From contig JAZDCY010000077.1 of NCBI GenBank assembly GCA_036679645.1, positions 1-22,307 on the forward strand: a DNA stretch of 22,307 nt, read 5' to 3'. The notes under the pieces were generated by a model. The model was given only the letters and a program-made list of their open reading frames with translations, had not been told where the DNA came from and searched no databases. This DNA comes from Gemmatimonadota bacterium (GTDB taxonomy: Bacteria; Gemmatimonadota; Gemmatimonadetes; Gemmatimonadales; GWC2-71-9). Of the stretch, positions 7,545 to 15,131 are shown piece after piece (position 1 is the stretch's first letter; each line of letters begins with the position of its first letter). The translations under genes and the position numbers were made by a program.

Positions 7545-8601
7545 CTTAAAGAAGAAGGTGAATCTGAAGGGACAGCTACGTTCCGTCATTGAATGGCGGG
7601 ATCCCGATCCTGAGCTGCTCTTCGTGCGCTGGACCGAGAACGGCGATGAGATCAAGAACGCCTCGAAACTGATCGTTGGACCGGGTCAGGGATGCATCTT
7701 CGTGTATCAAGGGGCCGTGGAAGGCGTCTTTGAAGACGAGGGGCTCGTTGAGCTGGAAACGGAGAACATTCCGTTCTGGACTACGATCACGAAGTTCATG
7801 CAGGGCTTCGAGAGCCATCACAAGGTTGGGCTGTATTTCTTCCGCAAGGCCCACATGCTGAACCGCCGCTGGGGCACACCATCGCCCATCAAGTACCGCG
7901 ACCCGCGGTACAACTTCCCCGTAGCGCTCGGCGCGTTCGGCAATTACTCAATGCGCATCACCAAGGGGGAAGACTTCTTCCGCAACGTCGTCGCCGGGGC
8001 GCGAGCCTACCCGATCGCGGAACTGCAAAACGTGTTCTTGTCCCGTATCACGCAGCCGATGACCGATTTCCTCGCCAAGGCGGCCTTTTCGTATGCGGAA
8101 ATCGACGCCCATCGCGAGGAGATCGCGAGCGCCGTTCACGAAGCGGTGTGGCCGATCTTCGACGATCTGGGTTTCGAGTTGCTCGATTTTCGCATCGAGG
8201 GCACGAACTTCGACGAGGATACGCAGGGACGCATCGGTCGGATTGCCGACATGAGTGCCGAAGCGCAGGCGGCAAGCGCCGCTGGTATCGATTACACCGA
8301 ACATCAGAAGCTCCAGGCGATGCGCGATGTCGCGAAGAACGAAGGGCTCGCCGGGATCGGGCTGCAGATGGGAGTGGGCATGGGACTGGGCAAGATGTTT
8401 GGTGAGCAGATCGGCCAACAGGCCGGCGAGCCGGAAGAGAAGGAGCCGCCGGAGACGGCGTCGCCCTCCTCCCCCTCCCCCTCCGCGACCGGAGACGATC
8501 CGACCACCAGGCTGGCCAGGCTCAAGAACATGTTTGACGGCGACCTGATCGACGAAGAGGAATACAAGGCCAAGAAGGCGGAGATTCTCGCGGACCTCTG
8601 A
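7528..8601 (+). CDS. SPFH/Band-7 domain protein (YdjI-like) with C-terminal SHOCT
   Basis: QLRSVIEW, EIKNASKLIVGPGQ, LETENIPF, WGTPSPIKYRDP, GAFGNYS; Gly-rich GLQMGVGMGLG; SHOCT-like RLARLKNMFDGDLIDEEEYKAKKAEIL. GTG 7528 overlaps the previous gene by 17 nt. Confidence 0.9.
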   Translation: MSLKDDLKKKVNLKGQLRSVIEWRDPDPELLFVRWTENGDEIKNASKLIVGPGQGCIFVYQGAVEGVFEDEGLVELETENIPFWTTITKFMQGFESHHKVGLYFFRKAHMLNRRWGTPSPIKYRDPRYNFPVALGAFGNYSMRITKGEDFFRNVVAGARAYPIAELQNVFLSRITQPMTDFLAKAAFSYAEIDAHREEIASAVHEAVWPIFDDLGFELLDFRIEGTNFDEDTQGRIGRIADMSAEAQAASAAGIDYTEHQKLQAMRDVAKNEGLAGIGLQMGVGMGLGKMFGEQIGQQAGEPEEKEPPETASPSSPSPSATGDDPTTRLARLKNMFDGDLIDEEEYKAKKAEILADL

Positions 8602-8634
8602 ACCGGGGCGCGAGTGTGCAAACAAGGAGAGGAC

Positions 8635-9693
8635 ATGGACGGGCGGCAGAACGACGAGGAGTATCGGGACAGCAAGCAGGGAAAGAAGGCTCTTGCGCTG
8701 GCGCATGAACTGACAGCAACCGGGTGGAAGGATTACGATTTCACGAAAGCCTCCGGGGCGGACATGGACTGGCCCGACCTCGACGATGACGAGATCGGCA
8801 CCCTCACACCGTGGCTGTGTGTGAGCGTCAACGACCCTGAGGACTGGGTGGACCTCAACGCCATCGAGGACAGCGACGAACGGAAGTTCGCCACGTGCGC
8901 CCGGATACTGGGGATTCCCGAATCCTGTGCGACCGATGAGGACACGGCACGAGCAGTCATCGAGGCCATCGAGGAGGCCGACGACTTTGATGAGGCTGCG
9001 GCGGAGCAGGGGTTTCGGAGCACGGATCTCTTCACGCTCGAAGATCATGTTCGCGCGGTGGAGATGCATTGGGACGAGGTATCGGCGTCCGACGAAGCGC
9101 CCGTGGATTACCAGCCGATGATGGACGACTTGATGAAGCGACAGCAACAACTGTTCGACGCCGGCGTTGCCACGGCGGAAGCGTCCGGAGAGATGGAGCC
9201 TATCCACGGCATCGCCATGGAAGATTGGGCGGCGGCGAACGCCAAGATTGTCCAGGGCGTCTCGATGGATGACCTGCTGAAGGTTCTCGCGGTCGAGAAA
9301 CCGCAGTGGGACGAGGCCAATGCCGAGTGGAACGCGCGCATGGCCCGCGATTTCACGATCACCAGGAAATACGCCGACATCTTCAACAATCCGGACGTGG
9401 GGAAGTTTGCCGGGGTCGGTCCGAAGAAAGCGACCGAAGGCGAGCCTTTGACGTTTGAGGAGTACATGCGAATTCAGGTCCATATGGAACAGGGTGTCGC
9501 GCAGGGAGTGGCCGCGCAGGCGATTCTCAAGGAACACGGGAAGACCTTGTCCGAGTGGACGACGATCCAAAGTTACTGGTCGCAGCAATTGGTCCGAGAC
9601 GTGGCCAAATACGCGGCGGAAGGGGACAGGCTGCGCAAGAGATTCCAGAAGGACTACGCCGGGGCTGGAATGGCGGACGATATCGAGTTTTGA
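8635..9693 (+). CDS. DUF6620-like helical repeat protein with an acidic N-terminal domain
   Basis: SD AAGGAGAGG before ATG 8635; EPIHGIAMEDWAAANAKI...LAVEKPQWDEANAEWNARMARD resembles DUF6620 as I recall it; a second related repeat follows; ends DDIEF. Confidence 0.7.
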   Translation: MDGRQNDEEYRDSKQGKKALALAHELTATGWKDYDFTKASGADMDWPDLDDDEIGTLTPWLCVSVNDPEDWVDLNAIEDSDERKFATCARILGIPESCATDEDTARAVIEAIEEADDFDEAAAEQGFRSTDLFTLEDHVRAVEMHWDEVSASDEAPVDYQPMMDDLMKRQQQLFDAGVATAEASGEMEPIHGIAMEDWAAANAKIVQGVSMDDLLKVLAVEKPQWDEANAEWNARMARDFTITRKYADIFNNPDVGKFAGVGPKKATEGEPLTFEEYMRIQVHMEQGVAQGVAAQAILKEHGKTLSEWTTIQSYWSQQLVRDVAKYAAEGDRLRKRFQKDYAGAGMADDIEF

Positions 9694-9703
9694 GAAGGGA
9701 GGC

Positions 9704-10525
9704 ATGATCGTGACATCCAGCCGCCGCACTATCGGTCGTACTGTGCTCGTTCTCGTTCCCATGATGGGCATCGCGCTCGCCGCCCACGGTCAGACCCATG
9801 ACACGGTGGCATGGCCGTCGTGCTGCACCCCCAACGCCGAACTCGGCGACTGGCTTCGTGCCGCAGCGCTTCAGGATCTGCCGTTCAGTGAGGTGAGCGG
9901 GGCCGTGCCGCGGAGTGCCGGGTGCTACAGCGCGTTCGCCACGACCTACCTCCCCCCGGCCGGAACCCGACCCCCGGAGCCTGACTTCGATGCAATTCCC
10001 GCAGGAGATGATCGCGAGCAGGCGAGGTCGAACTACGCGAACGCGTTCCTAACGTGGGCGTGTCGCTACGCGCCGGACAAGGCGCGCGATGGAGATTCGA
10101 CCACCGCGTGGGTGGAAGGGGCGGAGGGGCACGGCATCGGGGCGGTGCTGGTCGTCCCGTACGACCGTCCCGGAAGCGGCGTCCGGATCTGGGCGGGCTA
10201 CGGCAAGTCGGACGCGCTCTTTCGAGCGAACGGTCGCCCGAAGGACATACGCGTGCACGTCATTGCGGTCGGCAACGTGTTCGCAAACGCCTATACGAGT
10301 ATGTACGCGTCGGGCGCGGACGGTGCCTACACGGACCTCACGGTCGTCGGCGCGCGCGAATCGACGTTACAGGACCACAACGGCTATCAACGGCTCCTCC
10401 TTCCCCAAGGCGAGTACGATCGGGCCGGCACCTACCTGATTGCCATCGAGTTGCTCTCCGTCTACCCCGGCACTCGATACGAAGACACATGCATCACCGA
10501 GGTTCGCGAGAGGACGCAGGGCTGA
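9704..10525 (+). CDS. secreted protein with an NADase-type glycan-binding (discoidin-like) domain
   Basis: SD GGAGG before ATG 9704; signal peptide ending AAHG|Q; YAPDKARDGDSTTAWVEGAEGHGIG, IWAGYGKS, ANGRPK, IELLSVYPG...DTCITE are hallmarks of this jelly-roll family. Confidence 0.75.
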   Translation: MIVTSSRRTIGRTVLVLVPMMGIALAAHGQTHDTVAWPSCCTPNAELGDWLRAAALQDLPFSEVSGAVPRSAGCYSAFATTYLPPAGTRPPEPDFDAIPAGDDREQARSNYANAFLTWACRYAPDKARDGDSTTAWVEGAEGHGIGAVLVVPYDRPGSGVRIWAGYGKSDALFRANGRPKDIRVHVIAVGNVFANAYTSMYASGADGAYTDLTVVGARESTLQDHNGYQRLLLPQGEYDRAGTYLIAIELLSVYPGTRYEDTCITEVRERTQG

Positions 10526-10528
10526 CGA

Positions 10529-10999
10529 GTGCGCATATCTTGGCTCGTTCTCCCGTATCTTGCGCTGCTCGCCCCCGGGCGGCCGCTCGCGGCGCAAGCG
10601 TGCCAGCCCGGTGACAGTTGCTGGGTGCAGGAGCTGATCCAGCAGCGGTGTACCGCGGAGCTGGGGAGGTCCTGCAATTGTACTGAATCGAACGTTGAAC
10701 TCACCCTTTGCGCGCGGCTGCACTACGAGTATGCCGACAGCATACTCAACGCCGTCTACCGCGAAACGTTGGCCGTGATTGACGAGAGCGATTGGCTGGC
10801 GGCTGCGACGAGAGCTGCCTGGAAACGCGACCTGCGAGAAGCCCAGCGCACGTGGATACGGCTCAAGGAACTGGATTGCGGGCTGGTCAGCGAGTACGAG
10901 TATGCCGGAGGCAGCCATGCGCGATTCGCGGAACTGGATTGTCTTCGAGCGCACACCGAGTTCCGGACGCGACAGTTGCGCGAGCGGCTAGAACCATAG
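10529..10999 (+). CDS. lysozyme inhibitor LprI (DUF1311) family secreted protein
   Basis: Signal peptide; ELTLCA...ADSILNAVY, LREAQRTWIRLKELDC, YAGGS, CLRAHTEFRTRQL. Confidence 0.9.
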   Translation: MRISWLVLPYLALLAPGRPLAAQACQPGDSCWVQELIQQRCTAELGRSCNCTESNVELTLCARLHYEYADSILNAVYRETLAVIDESDWLAAATRAAWKRDLREAQRTWIRLKELDCGLVSEYEYAGGSHARFAELDCLRAHTEFRTRQLRERLEP

Positions 11000-11196
11000 C
11001 CTGCTCCGAGACTTCAGGGTGCCGCCTCCGCAATTGCCTGCCGTATCACCGGCTCGCTGCCTCCACGGATTAGAGCGTCGGGAGGCAACGGGTGTCATTA
11101 CGGGACAAACACACTCGGTGTTCTTGCCGAGACCGCCTTGACGGTGCGCGGCCCGCACGGACTATTGGGGGGCAAGGATCCATTTTCGGAGGCACC

Positions 11197-11718
11197 ATGC
11201 GTCGCCTTGCACTGCTTGCCATCGCTCTTGCTGTAGCACCGCTCGTCACCGTCGGGGCTCAGGAAGGCTTAGTCGTTACACACAGCTCGTTTGGTCCGGT
11301 GCGGTTCGGGATGACTACGGCTCAGGCCGGTCGCGCACTCGGTCTCCAGGTCACGTACGAGGGTGCGGAGGTACCCGAAGACACATCTTGCGGTTATGCG
11401 CGCTGGGACGGGTTGCCTCGGCGCGTGCGGGTCATGGTCACGAATGACACCATCGTCCGTGTCTTTGTACAGGATTCGACGGCCCGCACAGCAGACGGGA
11501 TGGGCCTGGGCAGCACGGAGCAGCAGCTGCGAGAGCCGTACGCTGATCGGCTCATGGTGAGTCCCCATGAGTACGATGATGGCCACTACTTCACCGTTAC
11601 ACCCGTTGCGCCAGCGGATAGTGCGTACCGCCTCATATTCGAGACAAACGGTCGTACAGTCACCAGTTACCGCGCGGGCCTTCTCCCCGCCGTGGGGTGG
11701 ATAGAGGGATGTCTCTAA
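11197..11718 (+). CDS. secreted hypothetical protein
   Basis: SD GGAGG before ATG 11197; signal peptide ending TVGA|Q; FGPVRFGMT, SCGY, TADGMGLGST, PHEY...GHY, LIFETNG...YRAG, terminal EGCL (probable disulfide). Confidence 0.8.
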   Translation: MRRLALLAIALAVAPLVTVGAQEGLVVTHSSFGPVRFGMTTAQAGRALGLQVTYEGAEVPEDTSCGYARWDGLPRRVRVMVTNDTIVRVFVQDSTARTADGMGLGSTEQQLREPYADRLMVSPHEYDDGHYFTVTPVAPADSAYRLIFETNGRTVTSYRAGLLPAVGWIEGCL

Positions 11719-11812
11719 GGTCGCTGGAGCGAGTGACTCGGTTCTGACGCTCCACCTCTCTGGCCATGTATTCGCCTGGGCTGCCGGTGAGTTCTTTGGG
11801 GTTGCCGGAGCG

Positions 11813-11983
11813 CTAGTTGACCTCCGTCGCTGACAGCGTCTTGGCTTCGCCGTTCCACGTCACGTCATACCCGTATGCCTGGTCAATAACGTCCCACATT
11901 ACTATGCGGAAACTGAGGGAGCCGTCCGCCGCCCACATGGGAGCCCGGGTGACAGCGATGATGTCGTCCCGAAAGATAGGGCT
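11813..11983 (-). pseudogene. probable 3' gene remnant or 41-aa small ORF
   Basis: Open frame SPIFRDDIIAVTRAPMWAADGSLSFRIVMWDVIDQAYGYDVTWNGEAKTLSATEVN* bounded upstream by an in-frame TAG (11984-11986); beta-strand-like composition. Confidence 0.35.
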
Positions 11984-12018
11984 CTAGGCTCCCGACCGTG
12001 CCGATCCAAGGCACGCTG

Positions 12019-12456
12019 CTAGCGACCGTTTGGGTTTCGAGGCTCGGTGCCAGACCGCGTCCGGCCCGTCCGCTGGTCTATCGTGACCCGGAGCAGGCGT
12101 GGCTCCCCGGGCACGTCCACTACGACACGCCAGGCGGCCTCGAGCACGCGGTGTTCCCCCGATTGCGCGATGTCCTCGAGGACCGTCGCCTGAGACTCCG
12201 CGAGTCGGTCGGCCGACGCCGGGTCACTCAGCCACGGGTGTTTGCCGGCGAGCTCGTGGAGAGCTGCTGCCACCAGGACGCACAGATCCTCCTCAGTCAG
12301 GTTTCCCGCCCAATCACGGATGGCGGGGAGCACGTCGGGACACTCGGTCGTCGCGATCAGCGAATCGAGTACGTACCGGCGGTCGGGGCCCTGCGCGGAG
12401 AGGTCCACTGGTATCACCATGAGCAGGAGCAGGGCGATTCGGGACGGAATAGGCAC
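12019..12456 (-). CDS. secreted hypothetical protein
   Basis: Signal peptide RIALLLLMVIPVDLSA|Q; two Cys; 3 nt downstream of the co-oriented upstream gene. Confidence 0.7.
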   Translation of the reverse strand: MPIPSRIALLLLMVIPVDLSAQGPDRRYVLDSLIATTECPDVLPAIRDWAGNLTEEDLCVLVAAALHELAGKHPWLSDPASADRLAESQATVLEDIAQSGEHRVLEAAWRVVVDVPGEPRLLRVTIDQRTGRTRSGTEPRNPNGR

Positions 12457-12459
12457 GGG

Positions 12460-13344
12460 TCAGTGTTTGACCCGTGCAGGTGTCGGATCAACCCGTTCGA
12501 GAAACCGCGCACTCATCCATCCCGCCAGACGACCCTGGTTGGCGGGCTGGCGACCGTTCGGTGTACTGGCCGGGTCCATGACCACGAACCACCACGTCCG
12601 ACCGGTCGTGTCCGCGCGTGCCCCCAGCGCCACACCCCTCGCCCCGCGACCGAACTCGCCGACGAACTCCTCGGGGTTGTCGGCGAAATCGAGAACCTCC
12701 GGGGATGCCCGGAGATTGTACCGCTCCTGGGCGATGACAAAAGCCTGCGGCGGCTCGAGTGTCTCCGCAGGCGGCTGCATATAGTTCTGCAGGGTGATGT
12801 GATCGTACGCCGTGAAGCGAACCGAATCGGCGTCGCTAAGGCCGTAGAACATGAGGTGCGAGTAGAGGTCGCCGCAGCAACCGTCGAAGCGAAGCACGAT
12901 CTGGGAGATCGGGGCCCATGGTGCCGGGCGCGTCATCCAGACTATGTGGCCGTCTTCCCGGAAGATGCGCGTAAGGGTCCCGCCACGGTTCTCGAAGAGC
13001 ACTGTCTGAGTCCCCTCGGCGACCCCGGTGCACGCTCCGCCCATTCGTGCCATGCTGATCATGCCGCCGCTGTATATGAGGTCGATCACTCCGTCGCCAC
13101 TGAAGTCCACGAAGTGATACTCGGCCGGATCGCCACAGAGCCCAAGCTCACTCAGCATCGTGTCCTTGTCGCCGGGGATCTCCATCTCCCACTCTGCCCA
13201 CCAGGAAGCCTGCCATGCCTCACTGCCCTGCGGAAAGAGTGCGTCGAGCATCTGCTGAGATGCCAGGCGGCTCGGCGCTCCGCCGAGCACGACGGTCGCG
13301 AGAGCCATCGTTGGGAGCAGGGCAGCCAACCGTGGTACGCGCAT
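12460..13344 (-). CDS. secreted protein with an FG-GAP-like Ca-binding loop and a C-terminal bacterial SH3-like domain
   Basis: SD AAGGAGG; signal peptide; VDFSGDGVIDLIY; GCC motif; RYNLRASP...TGRTWWFVVM...RLAGWMSARFLE matches the SH3b pattern (NLR..P, W, GW.S..FL). Confidence 0.75.
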   Translation of the reverse strand: MRVPRLAALLPTMALATVVLGGAPSRLASQQMLDALFPQGSEAWQASWWAEWEMEIPGDKDTMLSELGLCGDPAEYHFVDFSGDGVIDLIYSGGMISMARMGGACTGVAEGTQTVLFENRGGTLTRIFREDGHIVWMTRPAPWAPISQIVLRFDGCCGDLYSHLMFYGLSDADSVRFTAYDHITLQNYMQPPAETLEPPQAFVIAQERYNLRASPEVLDFADNPEEFVGEFGRGARGVALGARADTTGRTWWFVVMDPASTPNGRQPANQGRLAGWMSARFLERVDPTPARVKH

Positions 13345-13464
13345 GAGTGTCCTCCTTCTCTTCCGTGCGGATTGTCCGGGCTATCGACCTGTCGTGGTTG
13401 CGTCGCGCAGCCGTTTGACCAATACGTCTGATGACGTTGATGAGCGCTCTCTTCTTGAGGGACC

Positions 13465-13484
13465 ACCCGAGCCCCAGCTCGGGT
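13465..13484. repeat. perfect 8-bp inverted repeat in the divergent intergenic region
   Basis: ACCCGAGC-ccca-GCTCGGGT; no U-tract on either side. Confidence 0.5.
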
Positions 13485-13523
13485 CGGGGTCGGCTCTACA
13501 GCGAACAGCATGGGTCCTGTGTG

Positions 13524-13550
13524 TGAAATGCGGATGAAACGGGAATGAAA
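13524..13550. promoter_or_regulatory. triple direct repeat TGAAA with an 11-bp period; putative transcription factor site
   Basis: TGAAA at 13524, 13535 and 13546 (TGAAAtgcggaTGAAAcgggaaTGAAA), between divergent genes. Confidence 0.55.
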
Positions 13551-13569
13551 GCACCCCGAGGGGCGCGCG

Positions 13570-13782
13570 GTGAGTGAACGCCGTCGGGAGGAGCCGCTCG
13601 ACGCCGAGGCGACCGTTAGTTGTCCGTACTGCGGTGCATCGGTGACGATCGCGCTCGATGTGAGTAGCGGAGCAACACAGTCGTATGTTGAGGATTGCCA
13701 GGTGTGTTGCCAGCCGTGGCGCGTGACGGTGCGGTTCGATGATGAGGGCGCGGCCGCGGTGGAGGTCGAGCCCGCCTACTGA
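13570..13782 (+). CDS. CPXCG-motif cysteine-rich protein
   Basis: VSCPYCGASV...LDVSSG..QSYVEDCQVCCQPW is the family signature; SD GAGGGG. Confidence 0.92.
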   Translation: MSERRREEPLDAEATVSCPYCGASVTIALDVSSGATQSYVEDCQVCCQPWRVTVRFDDEGAAAVEVEPAY

Positions 13783-13922
13783 CGGACGTGCCCTGGCCGG
13801 TGTCCGACGCGTCGCCACCGTGTCGTCGACTGCGGAAAACAGCTATAGTTTCTTCTTCGCTACTCCCGGAGACGCCACCCGTGCATTCCCCAGTACCACG
13901 ACTTCGACCGGAGACTGGACTG

Positions 13923-14648
13923 GTGCCCCGAACAATCGTCACGGGCGCGGCGGTCGCCGCTTTGGCCGCCACGTGGTTCGGTAGTGGGATAATCAACCGT
14001 GCGGCGACGGGTGTCCCGTTCCCCGTACCGTCTGCAGAGGCGCCGGCCGCGGGAGATCCGCAAGTTGTCGTGTTTGCCGGCGGTTGCTTTTGGGGAGTGC
14101 AGGCGGTGTTCCAGTATGTGAAAGGCGTGTTGAGTGCGACATCGGGCTACGCCGGGGGGACGGCAAACACGGCGACGTACCAGCAGGTCAGCACCGGGCG
14201 GACGAGACATGCCGAATCAGTGCGTGTCGTCTACGATCCGTCGCAGGTTTCGTTCGGCCAACTCCTGCGCATCTTCTTCTCGGTCGTCCACGACCCGACC
14301 CAACTCAACCGCCAGGGGCTCGACCACGGCCCGGAATACCGCTCGGCAATCTGGTTCACGACCGCACGGCAGCAAGAGGCGGCGCGGGCGTACCTCGTTC
14401 AGCTCACCGAGGCGAAGACGTTCGCACGCCCGCTCGTGACTGAGATCAACGCATTGCGCGGTTTCTTTCCTGCCGAAGAGTACCATCAGGACTACCTGAT
14501 CCACCATCGCTGGCAGCCGTACATCGTCATCAATGACATCCCCAAGGTCCGCGCGCTGCAACGCGAATTCCCGGAGTTGTGGAGGGACGACCCGGTAGGT
14601 TGGCAGAGTACTCGCGCCGCCCCGCTCACGAATGGGGCCTCGCGGTAG
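13923..14648 (+). CDS. msrA: peptide-methionine (S)-S-oxide reductase MsrA, exported or membrane-anchored
   Basis: FAGGCFWG, SGYAGG, HAESV, HDPTQLNRQG, YRSAI, AEEYHQDY; N-terminal hydrophobic stretch. GTG 13923 (GGAG upstream; TATAGT at 13844) is preferred over 13788. Confidence 0.95.
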   Translation: MPRTIVTGAAVAALAATWFGSGIINRAATGVPFPVPSAEAPAAGDPQVVVFAGGCFWGVQAVFQYVKGVLSATSGYAGGTANTATYQQVSTGRTRHAESVRVVYDPSQVSFGQLLRIFFSVVHDPTQLNRQGLDHGPEYRSAIWFTTARQQEAARAYLVQLTEAKTFARPLVTEINALRGFFPAEEYHQDYLIHHRWQPYIVINDIPKVRALQREFPELWRDDPVGWQSTRAAPLTNGASR

Positions 14649-14714
14649 CACGTCGGCAGTCTTTCGCGACCCCGACGGCAATCAGTTCGTGTTGTCGTCA
14701 AAGTGAGTTACACC

Positions 14715-15122
14715 ATGACCGTCTCGAAACTCGCGCAGAAGCTACGAATCCCAAGTGGCGAACGAATACTCGTGCTCAACGCCCCGAAGGGATACGACGA
14801 GGTGCTTCAACCTCTTCCCGGTGGTGCAGTGGTGTGCAAGAAGGGAAAGGGGCCGTTTGCGTTTGTTCATGTCTTTGCCAAGGACATCGCCGACCTCGAG
14901 CGGCTCGCGCCGCGCGCGTTGGACGCCCTGGAGTACGATGGCGTGTGCTGGATGTCGTATCCCAAGGGAACGTCTACGCTGAAGAGCGATATCAACCGGG
15001 ACCGCGGTTGGGACGTGCTGCGTGCGCGTGGGTTGCGAGGGGTCTCGCAGGTATCCATTGACGACACGTGGTCGGCGCTCCGGTTTCGGCCGGTGAAAGA
15101 AGTCAAGTCGCGCCGACGGTGA
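14715..15122 (+). CDS. DUF3052-like hypothetical protein
   Basis: LAQKLRI, LNAP..Y, WMSYPKGTS, SDINRD, VSIDDTWSALRFR. Start ATG 14715 or GTG 14703. Confidence 0.8.
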   Translation: MTVSKLAQKLRIPSGERILVLNAPKGYDEVLQPLPGGAVVCKKGKGPFAFVHVFAKDIADLERLAPRALDALEYDGVCWMSYPKGTSTLKSDINRDRGWDVLRARGLRGVSQVSIDDTWSALRFRPVKEVKSRRR

Positions 15123-15131
15123 CCGGCGATG

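Noticed and set aside
7948..9771. 607-aa minus-strand ORF
   Set aside because: Antisense shadow of the SPFH and DUF6620-like genes; no motifs; expected in high-GC DNA.
11138..11168. Sigma-70 or MerR-like promoter (TTGACG with a GTGCG/CGCAC inverted repeat in the spacer)
   Set aside because: No TAnnnT at 16-19 nt spacing; too weak to call.
11998..13431. 477-aa plus-strand ORF
   Set aside because: Antisense to two genes that have signal peptides, one with a strong SD; Arg/His-rich shadow composition.
9690..13460. Integron cassette array explaining the secreted genes
   Set aside because: No RYYYAAC...GTTRRRY attC sites after the stop codons, spacers of only 3-10 nt between several genes, mixed orientation and no integrase.
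14651..14677. Hairpin CGTCGG...CCGACG after msrA as a terminator or REP
   Set aside because: Interrupted stem, no U-tract and no second copy noticed.
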